In this document: positions 1 through 10,800 of the stretch, in pieces
Layout: each line of letters opens with the position of its first letter
How positions within the stretch are numbered: the stretch's first letter is position 1
NCBI GenBank assembly: GCA_031411295.1
Contig: JANOAV010000098.1
Coordinates: 1 to 53,307, forward strand
Origin: Verrucomicrobiales bacterium
Lineage (GTDB): Bacteria > Verrucomicrobiota > Verrucomicrobiia > Verrucomicrobiales > V1-33
DNA length: 53,307 bases
Reading direction: 5' to 3'
The notes under the pieces: model-generated
Told to the model about the DNA's origin: nothing
Seen by the model: the letters and a program-made list of their open reading frames with translations, nothing else
Database searches by the model: none
Program-made: the position numbers and the translations under genes

Positions 1-2628
1 AGTAAAACCAGCACCGGTCTCTGGAATCTCTCTGGCACCAACACCTACACCGGCGCGACCATGAATGGCTTCAGCAATCCCGCTGGTGCTGGCTTGGTCT
101 TTCAAGGCATTCAGGCCCTATCACCCAGCACCACCCTGAGCCAGACCCATGCTGGCGGAGTAGGTGGTCACGGCACCATCAAGCTCTTGGATGACGCTGC
201 CGTTCCAGCTTCCCGCTCCGGTGTGAACATTAGCATGGCCTCGAGCAATACGACGAACACGCTGACCCTGTTTGTCGGCAACAATAGCACGACCAACGGC
301 GGCACCAGCGCAGGAACGACCACGGGCAGCACCATCGCACTAGGTAATCTGAATTTTACCCAGTCAGTCGTCGGCAATACCAGCCAGACCCTGAACGTCA
401 CTGGCGCGAACAGCTATCGGCTCCAGCTCAACAACGTGAACCTGCCCGCTACGGTGGCGAGCACCGTGGGTTGGACCGGCGTCTTCAATCCCACCACCGC
501 CGCCCTCACCATCGGTGGCGCCGTGCAGCAGACGGCAGGTAGCGCGGCGGGCACCATGGCTTTGAATTTGGACGGCACCGCTATTGGCAACCAGATCACG
601 GGCAATATTTTGAACTCCTTGGATGGAGCCCCAAGGGCATTAAGTCTCACCAAGACGAACTCCAGCACGTGGGAACTCTCTGGAGCCAACTCCTATACCG
701 GCACCACCACCATCACCGGCGGGAGCCTCCAAATAGGCAGTGGTGGCACTGGCGGCTCCCTCAGCACCAGCAGCGCCATCAGTGTGAGCACTGGCGCGAT
801 CTTGGCCGTGAACCAGACCGACACCGTCACCCAAGGCACCGACTTTACTAGCGCTGCCATCACTGGCGCTGGCAGCTTTAGGCAGGCAGGCTCTGGCACG
901 ACCGTTTTAAATCTCGCTAACACCTACTCCGGCGGCACCACGATCACCGCAGGCGCACTGGTGGCAGGGAGCAGTAGCACGGGAGCGATTACCAACGGCC
1001 CCCTTGGCACAGGATCCGTTCTGCTCGGCAATATTACCGGCACGAGTAATGCGAATCTGCTCATCGGCGGAGCCTTCACCGTCGGCAACAATATTACCGT
1101 TCAGACCGGCAGCACAAGCAACACGATCACGCTCGGCGGCAGCTCCGCAGCGGCTGCCACCTTCAGCGGCACCATTAAACTCGGCACCGCGTCAGCGGCG
1201 GCTAAAGACGCCACTTTCCTTGCCTTCTCTGGCGGGAGCATGGATTTCACTGGTGTGATCAGTGAAAACACCAGTGCCACGACCGACGCCAATGTGGTGA
1301 TTGGGAACGGCAGCAATCTTGGCACCGTGAAGTTCAGCAACCCTGCCAACGCCTACGATGGGATCACGACCATCAACGCTGGCACGCTCGAGACCATGAA
1401 GTTTAGCAACAATGGGAATACTAGTTCCATCGGCACCGGGAGCGCTCAAGTGGTCGCCAACTCTGCGCAAACGCTGGTGATCAATGGCAGCACCCTCAAG
1501 TTCACCGGAACCACCGGTAACGGCAGCACCAACCGCCTCTTCACCATCGGCACGGCAGGGGCGACGCTCGATGCCTCCTCAAGCGACGACACCCCGCTCA
1601 CCTTCACCAATAACGGTTCGCTAGTGGCTTCAGGCACGGGGGACCGCAACCTGATACTGACGGGTGGCAGCGCAGTATTGACGGTCAATTCGCTGGCCAG
1701 CGTGATCGCCAATCCGAGCAGTGGCAATACGTCGGTTACCAAAAGCGGCAGCAATACGTGGTCACTCACTGGCGACAACGCCTATACCGGAGGCACCACG
1801 ATCACGGGCGGCCAACTGCTGTTAAGCGGAGGCGGCCACTTGGCAGACGCCGGCACAGTTACGATGACGGGCACCAGCTCGTTTGACATCGCTGGCATCA
1901 CTGGCGGGAGTGAGAAAATTGCGGCGCTGATTGGCACGGGTAGCACGGCCGTGAATCTAGGGGCGAATAAAGGGCTGGAACTGGGTGGTGGCACGGCTGA
2001 ATTCTCCGGGAATATTTCCGGCACTGGCACCACCGGCGGGATCACCAAGTCCGGGTCAGGCGTGCAGACCTTCAGTGGAAACAATACTTACACTGGCAGC
2101 ACCAATGTCACCGGGGGCACTCTGCTCTTGGGCTCGGATACCGCGCTGCCCAGTGCGGCGGCATTGAGTCTCAGCAGCGGCACGTTGAATACCGGCGGGT
2201 TCAGCCCCAGCACGGGAGCAGTGAGCGTGAATGGGGCGTTCACCTTGGATCTGGGCGCGCCGGGAGGGACTTCCATTCTCTCCTTCAATAGTGTCGGCAC
2301 TTGGACGGGCTTGCTGACCGTATGGAATTATACCGGAGCCCCATGGATGACTGGGGGGGATAAATTGACCTTTGCCAGCACCGCCGGAATCGACCTCACT
2401 AAAGTGGCGTTCTTCAGCGACGACGGACATACTGCGGTGGGCACTGGCGGCGGCGGATTGATTCCTTACGGCGGTGCAAACTTTGAGTTAGTGCCGGTGC
2501 CAGAACCCACCGCACTGGGCGCTTGCGGAGCGTTGTTAGGATTCCTTGGGTTCCGCCACCGCCGTTCGTCCGCGCAACAACGCAAATTAGCAGAAACCAG
2601 AGCTGCGGCTGCGCCCCGGCGGATTTGA
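1..2628 (+). CDS. PEP-CTERM surface protein with autotransporter-associated beta-strand (PATR) repeats, 5'-truncated by the window edge
   Basis: Frame is open from base 1 (SKTSTGLWNLSGTNTYTGAT). Repeated TKxGxxTWxLxGxNxYTGxTTIxGG passenger repeats; G/T/S/N-rich. C-terminal VPEP + hydrophobic stretch + RHRR. Confidence 0.9.
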   Translation, partial: SKTSTGLWNLSGTNTYTGATMNGFSNPAGAGLVFQGIQALSPSTTLSQTHAGGVGGHGTIKLLDDAAVPASRSGVNISMASSNTTNTLTLFVGNNSTTNGGTSAGTTTGSTIALGNLNFTQSVVGNTSQTLNVTGANSYRLQLNNVNLPATVASTVGWTGVFNPTTAALTIGGAVQQTAGSAAGTMALNLDGTAIGNQITGNILNSLDGAPRALSLTKTNSSTWELSGANSYTGTTTITGGSLQIGSGGTGGSLSTSSAISVSTGAILAVNQTDTVTQGTDFTSAAITGAGSFRQAGSGTTVLNLANTYSGGTTITAGALVAGSSSTGAITNGPLGTGSVLLGNITGTSNANLLIGGAFTVGNNITVQTGSTSNTITLGGSSAAAATFSGTIKLGTASAAAKDATFLAFSGGSMDFTGVISENTSATTDANVVIGNGSNLGTVKFSNPANAYDGITTINAGTLETMKFSNNGNTSSIGTGSAQVVANSAQTLVINGSTLKFTGTTGNGSTNRLFTIGTAGATLDASSSDDTPLTFTNNGSLVASGTGDRNLILTGGSAVLTVNSLASVIANPSSGNTSVTKSGSNTWSLTGDNAYTGGTTITGGQLLLSGGGHLADAGTVTMTGTSSFDIAGITGGSEKIAALIGTGSTAVNLGANKGLELGGGTAEFSGNISGTGTTGGITKSGSGVQTFSGNNTYTGSTNVTGGTLLLGSDTALPSAAALSLSSGTLNTGGFSPSTGAVSVNGAFTLDLGAPGGTSILSFNSVGTWTGLLTVWNYTGAPWMTGGDKLTFASTAGIDLTKVAFFSDDGHTAVGTGGGGLIPYGGANFELVPVPEPTALGACGALLGFLGFRHRRSSAQQRKLAETRAAAAPRRI

Positions 2629-2718
2629 CCCTCTTTACGAATGTGTCTGTGGGGATGAGGATCCCTGCAAAAGCAACGCTGGCAGATGGGGATTTGCCAG
2701 CGTTGACCATCAGACCAG

Positions 2719-2756
2719 AACGCCGCTTGGTTGGGGAACCAAGCGGCGTTTGCTGT
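2719..2756 (+). terminator. Hairpin, probable intrinsic terminator after the PEP-CTERM gene
   Basis: Perfect 14-bp stem AACGCCGCTTGGTT-gggg-AACCAAGCGGCGTT followed by TGCTGTTT. Confidence 0.6.
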
Positions 2757-3072
2757 TTGGGGCGGATCGATCGAACTGGAATTTATCATCGATGCCGTTT
2801 CACCTCTAGGACGACTGCCGTGCCCAAGCCCCAATCCCCAATCCCAATGGGGCCGACCCCAGCGTGACCATTCCGAGGAGCACCGGAGAGTCCCGCCGTT
2901 TTGACCGGGCGCGACCAAATCGGGAGTCATACCTACATCAAAACCGGGTCAGTTACGAGCGAGTTTATGATTGTCTGCCTACGGGTGCGCAGCCATTATC
3001 TTTCAAAGTCATATCCATCAAAATCAACGCAGCCCACTCATGGAAATCCGAGCAACTTTTCATCCCCCCATC

Positions 3073-5199
3073 GTGAAACCATTCCCAGTCCTCATGCTAG
3101 CTTCGCTTCTCGCAGCCACCGCCATCGGCACGTCCCACGTCTCGGCGGAAACGAAGGCGGCTGCGAAGCCTGCGCTGAACGAGGCCGGAAACAAACTGCT
3201 CGCGAAATACGCCGACCTGCTCAAGGCCTCGCAGGCCGAAGTTTCGAAGGTGATTCCTAACGTGAATGAGCAATCTAAAACTGCCTTTCAGAAAGCCCGG
3301 GAAGCGATCAAGGGAGCGGAGGCCGCAGTCACTACAGCCCAGCAACCGCTAGGTAAAATCCAAGAGGCCAAGGCGTTAGTGGAGCATGCGAAAGGCAAGT
3401 GGATTGGCGGGGCGGAGAAGGGCATCGCCAAGGCGGAGGCTGATCTTAAGAAAGCGACGACGGATGCGGAACGCGAAGCCGCCAGGAAAGAGATTGCCAA
3501 GTGGCAGGCCAACAAAGAGGACGGGATCAAAGCGCTCAAGGAACGTCAGGCTGCCTTGGACAAGGCGACCGCCGATGAGTCCAAGGTGAAGCAGGCGAAT
3601 CAGGTCGCGCAGGCGGCCCTGAACCAGGCCCAAGCTAACGAAACTGCGGCGGCCAAAGTTATGCTAGCAGCAACGGAGCCTTTCCTGTCGAACGATAAAC
3701 TGGACGCCCAACTCATGCGTGCCGCCATCCTAACCAACGCCACGCCAGCTGGTCTGGCCGAGTTTGGCCAGCAGGGCAAGGAACAAGAATCGATGGTCGA
3801 TAAACTCCTCTCCGATGTCCCCCTCATGAAACAGATGCTGGAGGCAGGCGGAGCGCAGAATGGTAAATACGGTCAGGCAATCCAGATTTATGCCCGCATC
3901 CTGAAGGCCAGCCCGAAGGCTAAAGACGGGGTTTTACAACGCTTGGCGTTGGCCACCAGTTTGGAGCATGCGGTGCCGATTGCGCAAAGCAATCCCAAGG
4001 ATCAACCTAACGCGCCAGCTACCGTGGATCCGGTGAAGCGCTACCAGCACTACGAGAAGGCCTATCTTGCGGGTGAACTTGATGCTATGTTCAAGAATTT
4101 CTCCACTTGGGAATATCGCATGATTGTTCAGTGTGATGCCCCGGATGAAATTTTGGCCTGGGGCCGGGAAATGCTGCGCAACTATCGGCCCGACTATGTT
4201 ACTACGCCGGACTATGGCTGGCGGTATTCCGTGCTAGTGAAATCGGACTGCCTCTATGGATCGCAGGATGTGGACAAGGATCTGCCTGAGTTGCAGAACT
4301 ATCAGAACATCGTTAAGAACGGCGGAGTATGCGGCCGCCGGGCGTTTTTCGGGCGCTTCATTTTGTCCAGCTTTGGCATTCCGACTTGGGGTGTGACCCA
4401 GCATAAACATGCCGCAGTCGGTCGGTGGACTCCGAAAGGCTGGGTCGTCAATCTGGGGGCGGGCTTTCAGCACAGTTGGTGGGATAAGGACGAAGCTCCT
4501 CGCAGCGGCTCTGATTTCTTGTTGGAAACGCAGGCCCGAGTGGTGCCGCAGGATTTCATGAAAGTCTTGCGCGCCCAGTGGGTCAGCGATGTGCTTAACG
4601 AGCAGGATTACAACGAACGCAAGGGCGTCCCAGGCGGCTTCTGGAGCGCCCTGGCGCATTACCAGTCGATGGCGATTGCTACCGCCACCAAAGCCGTGGC
4701 CCTGGCTCCCGTGGGCCAAGACGTGGCCGAATCCAATGATTCAAAGGAAAAGACGCCCACTGAGCAAGCGAAGGTATCCGACGCAGACCAAAAGCTTGCC
4801 GTGGGCAAAGACGGGGTCATCACGATTCCGGCGGTGCTTTGCAGCAAGGCCAACGGCGTAACCGCCATGAAGAGTTCCGGCAGCGGCATGCAACTCCATT
4901 TAACGCGTGATCTGAATGCGCCTCACAAGTTCGAGTGCACCTTCGACGCACCGCAAGCTGGGAAGTATGCCTTTGCGGCACAGGTGGTGACCATTCAGTC
5001 CGATCAAAAGTTGCTCCTGGCCGCCAATGATGCCAAGGCTCCAGTTGAAATTGCGGTGCCTTACACCGTTGGTAAGTGGCAAGCGACGAAGCCCGTCGAA
5101 GTCGTCCTCACGAAAGGCCGTAACACCCTCCATTTCACCCATCCAGCGCCCAATCGCGGCGTTACTATCAAGCAGTTCGCCCTCACCCCAGTTAAATAA
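3073..5199 (+). CDS. Secreted hypothetical protein: N-terminal coiled coil, central transglutaminase-like Cys/His core, C-terminal CBM6/35-like beta-sandwich
   Basis: Signal peptide (VKPFPVLMLASLLAATAIGTSHVSA; alternative start 3040). K/A/E-rich helices; GGVCGRRAFFGRF...HKHAA motif; C-terminal 'APQAGKY...VVLTKGRNTLHF' typical of CBM35/6-like folds. Confidence 0.75.
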   Translation: MKPFPVLMLASLLAATAIGTSHVSAETKAAAKPALNEAGNKLLAKYADLLKASQAEVSKVIPNVNEQSKTAFQKAREAIKGAEAAVTTAQQPLGKIQEAKALVEHAKGKWIGGAEKGIAKAEADLKKATTDAEREAARKEIAKWQANKEDGIKALKERQAALDKATADESKVKQANQVAQAALNQAQANETAAAKVMLAATEPFLSNDKLDAQLMRAAILTNATPAGLAEFGQQGKEQESMVDKLLSDVPLMKQMLEAGGAQNGKYGQAIQIYARILKASPKAKDGVLQRLALATSLEHAVPIAQSNPKDQPNAPATVDPVKRYQHYEKAYLAGELDAMFKNFSTWEYRMIVQCDAPDEILAWGREMLRNYRPDYVTTPDYGWRYSVLVKSDCLYGSQDVDKDLPELQNYQNIVKNGGVCGRRAFFGRFILSSFGIPTWGVTQHKHAAVGRWTPKGWVVNLGAGFQHSWWDKDEAPRSGSDFLLETQARVVPQDFMKVLRAQWVSDVLNEQDYNERKGVPGGFWSALAHYQSMAIATATKAVALAPVGQDVAESNDSKEKTPTEQAKVSDADQKLAVGKDGVITIPAVLCSKANGVTAMKSSGSGMQLHLTRDLNAPHKFECTFDAPQAGKYAFAAQVVTIQSDQKLLLAANDAKAPVEIAVPYTVGKWQATKPVEVVLTKGRNTLHFTHPAPNRGVTIKQFALTPVK

Positions 5200-5215
5200 T
5201 CTACCATCTACTCTT

Positions 5216-6388
5216 ATGACCAAGCACACCCTGACGAGCCTTCTATCCGATAAACTTGTGCTGCGCCTGCGGCCCTCGAACCTCCTTGCGGGCACTGTTG
5301 CCCTAGCAATGTTACTGGCCAGCAATTTGCCGGCTCGCGCGGAGGAAGCGAAGACCGCAGCCGAAGCCGGCAAGCCCATGCCGCGGCCCGATGGCAAGCC
5401 TGCGGACATGACCAAGCCCGTGCAGGTGTTCATTCTGATGGGGCAGTCTAACATGGTGGGCTTGGGCAAAATTTCCGGACCGGAAGGTTCGCTGGAAAAC
5501 GCCGTGAAGACCAAGAATTTGTATCCTTACCTAGTGGATGACGAAGGAAAATGGACCGAGCGCAAGGACGTCCGCAATGTCCGCGTCATGGTGGGCCGGG
5601 GCGGTGGCATGCAGCTTTTCAACAATGAATTCATGACCATCTCTGGCAAGACCATGGGTCCGGAATATGGCATTGGACATCCGGTCGGCAATGCCATCGA
5701 GGCACCGGTCATGATCCTTAAGAGCTGCATCGGTAATCGCAGTCTGGGCTGGGATCTCCTGCCACCAGACAGTGAGCGGTATGAGTTTGAGGGGAAAGTC
5801 TATCCCGCCTACAAGGAAAAGCCAGACTCCTGGCCCGCAGACCCCGCCAAAGGCAAAGAGACGCCAGCGCCAGAGTGGCTGGATAAAGCCGGTAAGCCGA
5901 TCGATTGGTATGCGGGCAAGCAATACGACGATGACACCGCCAACGCGAAGAAGGTGCTCTCGGAACTCGATAAATACTATCCTGGCGCCACGAAATATGA
6001 AGTGGCGGGATTCTTTTTCTGGCAGGGCGAGAAGGATGGTGGGAATGCCGCCCACGCCGCCAAATACGAAGCGAACCTCGTCAGCTTCATCAAACATTTG
6101 CGCAAAGATTTCGAGTCTCCGAACGCGAAATTTGTCCTTGCTACCTTGGGCGAATCCACCAAGGGCAGCGACGGCAATGGCGGCAAAATCCTCGAGGCCC
6201 AACTGGCCGTGGACGGCACCACGGGCAAGTATCCGGAGTTCAAAGGCAACGTTGCCACCGTTTATGCCAATCCTTTATCCAAAGGCGGCAGCGGTAACAG
6301 CCACTACAACGGCAACGCGGAAACGTATATGGACGTTGGCGAAGCGATGGGCAAGGCCATGGTAGGTTTGCTCCAAGCAGGTAAGTGA
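5216..6388 (+). CDS. Sialate O-acetylesterase-like (SASA/SGNH) carbohydrate esterase
   Basis: VFILMGQSNMVG, GPEYG, FFWQGEKD and C-terminal SHYNGNAE. ATG at 5216 with a signal-like segment; the ORF extension to 5027 overlaps the upstream gene. Confidence 0.85.
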   Translation: MTKHTLTSLLSDKLVLRLRPSNLLAGTVALAMLLASNLPARAEEAKTAAEAGKPMPRPDGKPADMTKPVQVFILMGQSNMVGLGKISGPEGSLENAVKTKNLYPYLVDDEGKWTERKDVRNVRVMVGRGGGMQLFNNEFMTISGKTMGPEYGIGHPVGNAIEAPVMILKSCIGNRSLGWDLLPPDSERYEFEGKVYPAYKEKPDSWPADPAKGKETPAPEWLDKAGKPIDWYAGKQYDDDTANAKKVLSELDKYYPGATKYEVAGFFFWQGEKDGGNAAHAAKYEANLVSFIKHLRKDFESPNAKFVLATLGESTKGSDGNGGKILEAQLAVDGTTGKYPEFKGNVATVYANPLSKGGSGNSHYNGNAETYMDVGEAMGKAMVGLLQAGK

Positions 6389-6444
6389 TAGCGCATCATC
6401 GCCCACGCCACTGCACCAATCCTCCAACCCAGAATCTCTAAGTT

Positions 6445-7713
6445 ATGAATTTCCACCACTCATCCAAAACCTCGAGCCGATTCACTTGCCCCGCAGCGTT
6501 GCTGTTGCTGCTGGCGATTGGCGCCCAAGCCCGCACCTGGACCAGCTCCGACGGAGCGAAGACCTTCGAGGGCGAACTGAAATCCTACGATCCTGCCACC
6601 GGCTCGGTCAGCGTTACCCAGCCCGGAGGGAAACTGATGAAATTTACGCAGGACAAACTCTCCGCAGGAGACATTGCGTTTCTGAAAGAGAATGGGAAAA
6701 CTGCCGCCCCAGCGGCTGGCAAGCTGGGCGCTGCGAAAACCAAAATCGATACTAGCAAACTCTTGGACCGGTCTGACGGCAAGCCAGCCGACATGACCAA
6801 ACCGGTGCAGGTATTCATCCTGCTGGGGCAATCCAACATGGTGGGCATGGGCAAGATTACCGGTGGCGAGGGTTCCCTCGATAACGCGGTCAAGACCAAG
6901 AAGCTGTATCCTTACATGGTGGATGATGCAGGAGCCTGGGTCGAGCGCAAGGATGTGCGTTTCGTGCGTTACATGTCGGGCAAGGGGCCGCTCAATAATG
7001 AATGGATGGCGATCAAAGGCGGCACCATCGGACCAGAGTTCGGACTCGCGCAACCGGTCGGGAATGCCCTGGAGGCGCCCGTCATGATTCTCAAGTGCTG
7101 CATCGGCAATCGCAGTCTGGGGTGGGATCTCCTCCCGCCCGGCAGCAAGCAATTTGAAGCGGATGGCAATATTTACGCTGGTTATAAGGATCCCGCGCAA
7201 TCCTGGCCGAAGGGCACGGAGCCGAAACCCGGTGGCTGGTATGCCGGGAAGCAATATGACGATGACGTGGCGGATGCCAAAAAGGCCTTGGCGGAACTCG
7301 ACAAGCATTACCCTGGAGCGAAGAGTTATGAGGTGGCCGGATTCTTCTTCTGGCAAGGCGAGAAGGACGGTGGCAATGCGGTGCATGCCGCCAAATACGA
7401 GGAAAATCTGGTGCGTTTCATCACCCAATTGCGCAAAGACTTTGAAGCTCCTAACGCAAAGTTTGTTCTCGCCACCCTGGGGGAGGCCACCAAAGGCAGC
7501 GGCGGTAATGGGGGTAAAGTCATGGAAGCCCAGTTTGCCGTGGACGGCACCAGCGGCAAACATCCGGAATTCAAGGGCAACGTGGCCACGGTCTATGCCA
7601 ATCCTTTATCCAAAGGAGGCAGTGGTAACGGTCACTACGGTGGCAACGCAGAAACTTACATGAACGTCGGTGAAGCCATGGGCAAGGCCATGGTGGAGTT
7701 GTTGAAACAATAG
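6445..7713 (+). CDS. SASA-family acetylesterase with N-terminal SHD1 (SLA1 homology) domain
   Basis: Signal peptide, RTWTSSDGAKTFEGEL...KLSAGDIAFL (SHD1-like), then GQSNM / GPEFG / WQGEKD / HYGGNAE. Close paralog of the upstream gene. Confidence 0.85.
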   Translation: MNFHHSSKTSSRFTCPAALLLLLAIGAQARTWTSSDGAKTFEGELKSYDPATGSVSVTQPGGKLMKFTQDKLSAGDIAFLKENGKTAAPAAGKLGAAKTKIDTSKLLDRSDGKPADMTKPVQVFILLGQSNMVGMGKITGGEGSLDNAVKTKKLYPYMVDDAGAWVERKDVRFVRYMSGKGPLNNEWMAIKGGTIGPEFGLAQPVGNALEAPVMILKCCIGNRSLGWDLLPPGSKQFEADGNIYAGYKDPAQSWPKGTEPKPGGWYAGKQYDDDVADAKKALAELDKHYPGAKSYEVAGFFFWQGEKDGGNAVHAAKYEENLVRFITQLRKDFEAPNAKFVLATLGEATKGSGGNGGKVMEAQFAVDGTSGKHPEFKGNVATVYANPLSKGGSGNGHYGGNAETYMNVGEAMGKAMVELLKQ

Positions 7714-7878
7714 GCGCAGCACACGAGATCCTGGCCCGGGAATTGATCACAGGAGGGCATCAGTTGAGCGTTAACCGCCTAACCCTAACATACATCCTCA
7801 CTGCTGAGCACCGATTGGAGCGAGCCTCACCCACCCCTTAAGCGTTTCCTTAGTTAGAGAACCGTTTCCCCCTCCAGC

Positions 7879-10800
7879 ATGCTCCGCCACCTACTTATAG
7901 TGCTGCTCGGTCTCGCCACTCCAGTGCATGCGCAACTCGCGATCACAGAATTTCTCGCGAGTAACTCAACGGGGCTGCAAGACGAACTCGGGAACGAGGA
8001 AGATTGGCTGGAGGTTAGCAACGTGAGCACGGGAACAGTGGCGCTGAGCGGTTGGTATCTGACGGACGAAGCCGCGAATCTCCGGAAGTGGCCGCTCCCG
8101 GCCTGGACGCTGGCGGCGGGGAATCGCTTCGTGGTCTTTGCTTCAAACCGCAACCGTCTGCCGGCACAGACCACCCCGGGGGCGGACAATGCGGGCACGC
8201 CGGCCTCTCCGCGCTTGGCGACCAATTTCAAAATCAGTGCGAATGCGGGCGGCTATCTGGGGCTCACGAAGGATGGTGCAGGCGGAGCGATTGCGGTGGT
8301 TTCCTCTTTTGCAAACTACCCCAAGCAAGTAGCGAATGTTTCCTATGGTCCTTCGATCACGACGCTGTCGCTGGTAACAGCGTCATCCCCTGTGAAGGCG
8401 TTAGTGCCCACGGTGGCCAACGGCGGCAGCACGCTCGGTGCCTCGTGGCGCGGCGGGGCGGAACCATTCGATGATGCATCGTGGGCCGCGGGCACCACTG
8501 GGGTTGGGCGCGCAGCGGCAGCCACCATGGTGAGTGCGGCCAATTTGAAACTGCGCCTGAATGCGAATGATGCCGCCACCCTGGTGACCGACACTTCCGG
8601 CGCGGGCCGCAACGGCGTGAATGGCGCGGGGGCTCTGAACCTAGTCACCTTTGAGGCGGCAACCACCGATACGCAGGCCTCGCCCGTGCTCCGTCGCGGA
8701 GCGATGAAATTCGATCAAGCGGTGTCGCCTCGCGTAACGGTGGAGTCAGCTTCCCACACGGATTTCAACAGCACGAGTGGCACCATTATGTTTTGGATGA
8801 AACCGGGTGCCGTGGCAGGCAGCGGCAGCACCGGGATGCTGCTTTGGAATCGGCGCGATTCCATCGGCACTTGGTTGGTGATGAAAGGCCCTTCGGACGC
8901 CAGTGCGGGCAAACTCTTTAGCCAGACCGGTGGTGGTGCGATTTCTTTTCATTCCAATGCTCGGGTGGACGATGGCCAGTGGCACCATGTCGCATTTGTC
9001 TATAATCAAACCGCGGCAGGCACAGACACGTTCTACATTGATGGCGTGGCCAGCGGTTCCGTGACGCATGGTGCTGCGTGGGCTTGGCCCGCCGCGCAAC
9101 CGGTCACGCTGGCTTATTCCCCCAGCTCCACCTTCTGGTATAAATACAATGGTTTGCTCGACGAGGTGCGGATGTATAACACCCCACTGACGGCCCCACA
9201 GATTGCTTCCATTTACAATGGCGCTGACGAGGACGTGGCCACGGTGGACGTGGGACTTAGCGTGAGTGCCGCGCTCCCGGGCAACGCCGGTGCGTTTCTG
9301 CGCATTCCCTTCACAGTGGCGAATCCAGCCACATTTTCCTCGCTGCGCCTCACCTCGCGGGTGAACGATGGTTTCGTGGCCTACCTCAACGGCCTTCCAT
9401 TGGACTCGCTAAATGCTCCGGCCTCCCCTGGCTTCAGCTCCGTCGCTACCAGCACTGCGCTCGCGACCCGAACCAGGGTAGCGGACGTCTCGCTCGCAGG
9501 GCTCACTTCAGGGACGAATATTCTGGCAATTCACGCGATGAATAACAGCACCAGCGACCCAAATTTTCTGTCGCACCATTTATTGGAAGGCGTCTCACTC
9601 GACGCGACGGCCAACTACCTGCTCACGGCCACGCCGGGCGCAGCGAATGGTGGCATTCGCACCGCCATCGGCCCGTTCGTCAGCAAAGTCACGGGTTCGC
9701 CTGGTGACCTCGTGCCGCGTCCTGCCGGAGGCCCTGGCAGCCCTAACATTACCATCAAAGCCACGGTCACGCCGAGCCTGCGCCCGCTGGCAGCGTCGAA
9801 TCCGGTGCAACTCGCCTATCGCCTCATGTTTAACGCTGAGGTGGTGGTGAACATGACCGCAGGCGCGGGCGGCGTTTACACCGCCAGCATTCCCACCACT
9901 GGCCTCACGGCGGGGCAGATGCTACGCTGGCGGATTCTTGCGAGTGACAACACTGCCGTGTCCACGACAGCTCCGGATTATCTCAGCACGACTGACTCCG
10001 ACCAATACTATGGAACGGTAGCGGTCGATAGCACCTCGACGCAGCTTCCCCTTTACCATGTCTTTGTCTCCGGCACTTACACATTCAACAACACGAGTCC
10101 CATTGACGGCAACACGGGCGGGCGCGCCTCCTTTTTCTATGATGGCGAACTCTACGACAATGTTTTTATCCGCATCAAAGGCGACACCACGCGCAACCTC
10201 CTGAAGCGGGCGCATCGCGTGGATTTCAACAGCGGACACCAACTCCGCTGGGCCCCCGGTCAGAAACGTCTGCGGGAGCTGAATCTGAACGCGGAGTATG
10301 TGGACCCGAGCTACTCGCGGCAGTTTCTCAGCATGTGGTTCCACCGTCTCTCTGGCACCGGCGGAGCGAATCACTTCCCCGTCCGCTGCCACCTCAACGG
10401 CGTGTTTTGGCAACTCGCGTTTCACACCGAGACGCAGGACTTTGAGCTGCTCGACAATCTTGGCCTAGACCCCAATGGCGCGTTCTATTGCAGCATCGGA
10501 ACCATGTCCGGAGCCGCCGGAGAAAAGCAGACTCGCACGACCGAAGGCACCACGGATATGGCCAGCTTCGTCACTGCCATCACCCAGACGAACCTAACCA
10601 CGCGGGAGAACAACGTCTTTGATCAAGTGGACTTGCCCGCCGTCATTAACTACCTCGCAGCCGCTCGCATGATGCAGGAGGCCGACGACGTGTGGGCGAA
10701 TATGTGCATTCACCGCGATAGCGATGGCACTGGGGAATGGCGCATCGTGCCGTATGATCTGAACCTCTCGTGGGGCCAACTCTACTACGGACAGCAGACT

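Noticed and set aside
2823..2848. CCCAATC heptamer run
   Set aside because: Only 3-4 imperfect copies; could be chance slippage.
2860..2970. Possible riboswitch or structured leader upstream of the operon
   Set aside because: Only short imperfect dyads; no consensus of a known riboswitch recognisable by eye.
5027..5215. N-terminal extension of the first SASA ORF
   Set aside because: Overlaps the preceding CDS; ATG 5216 follows its stop and gives a signal-like segment.
6460..7563. 367-aa minus-strand ORF
   Set aside because: Antisense shadow of a SASA gene, expected at high GC.
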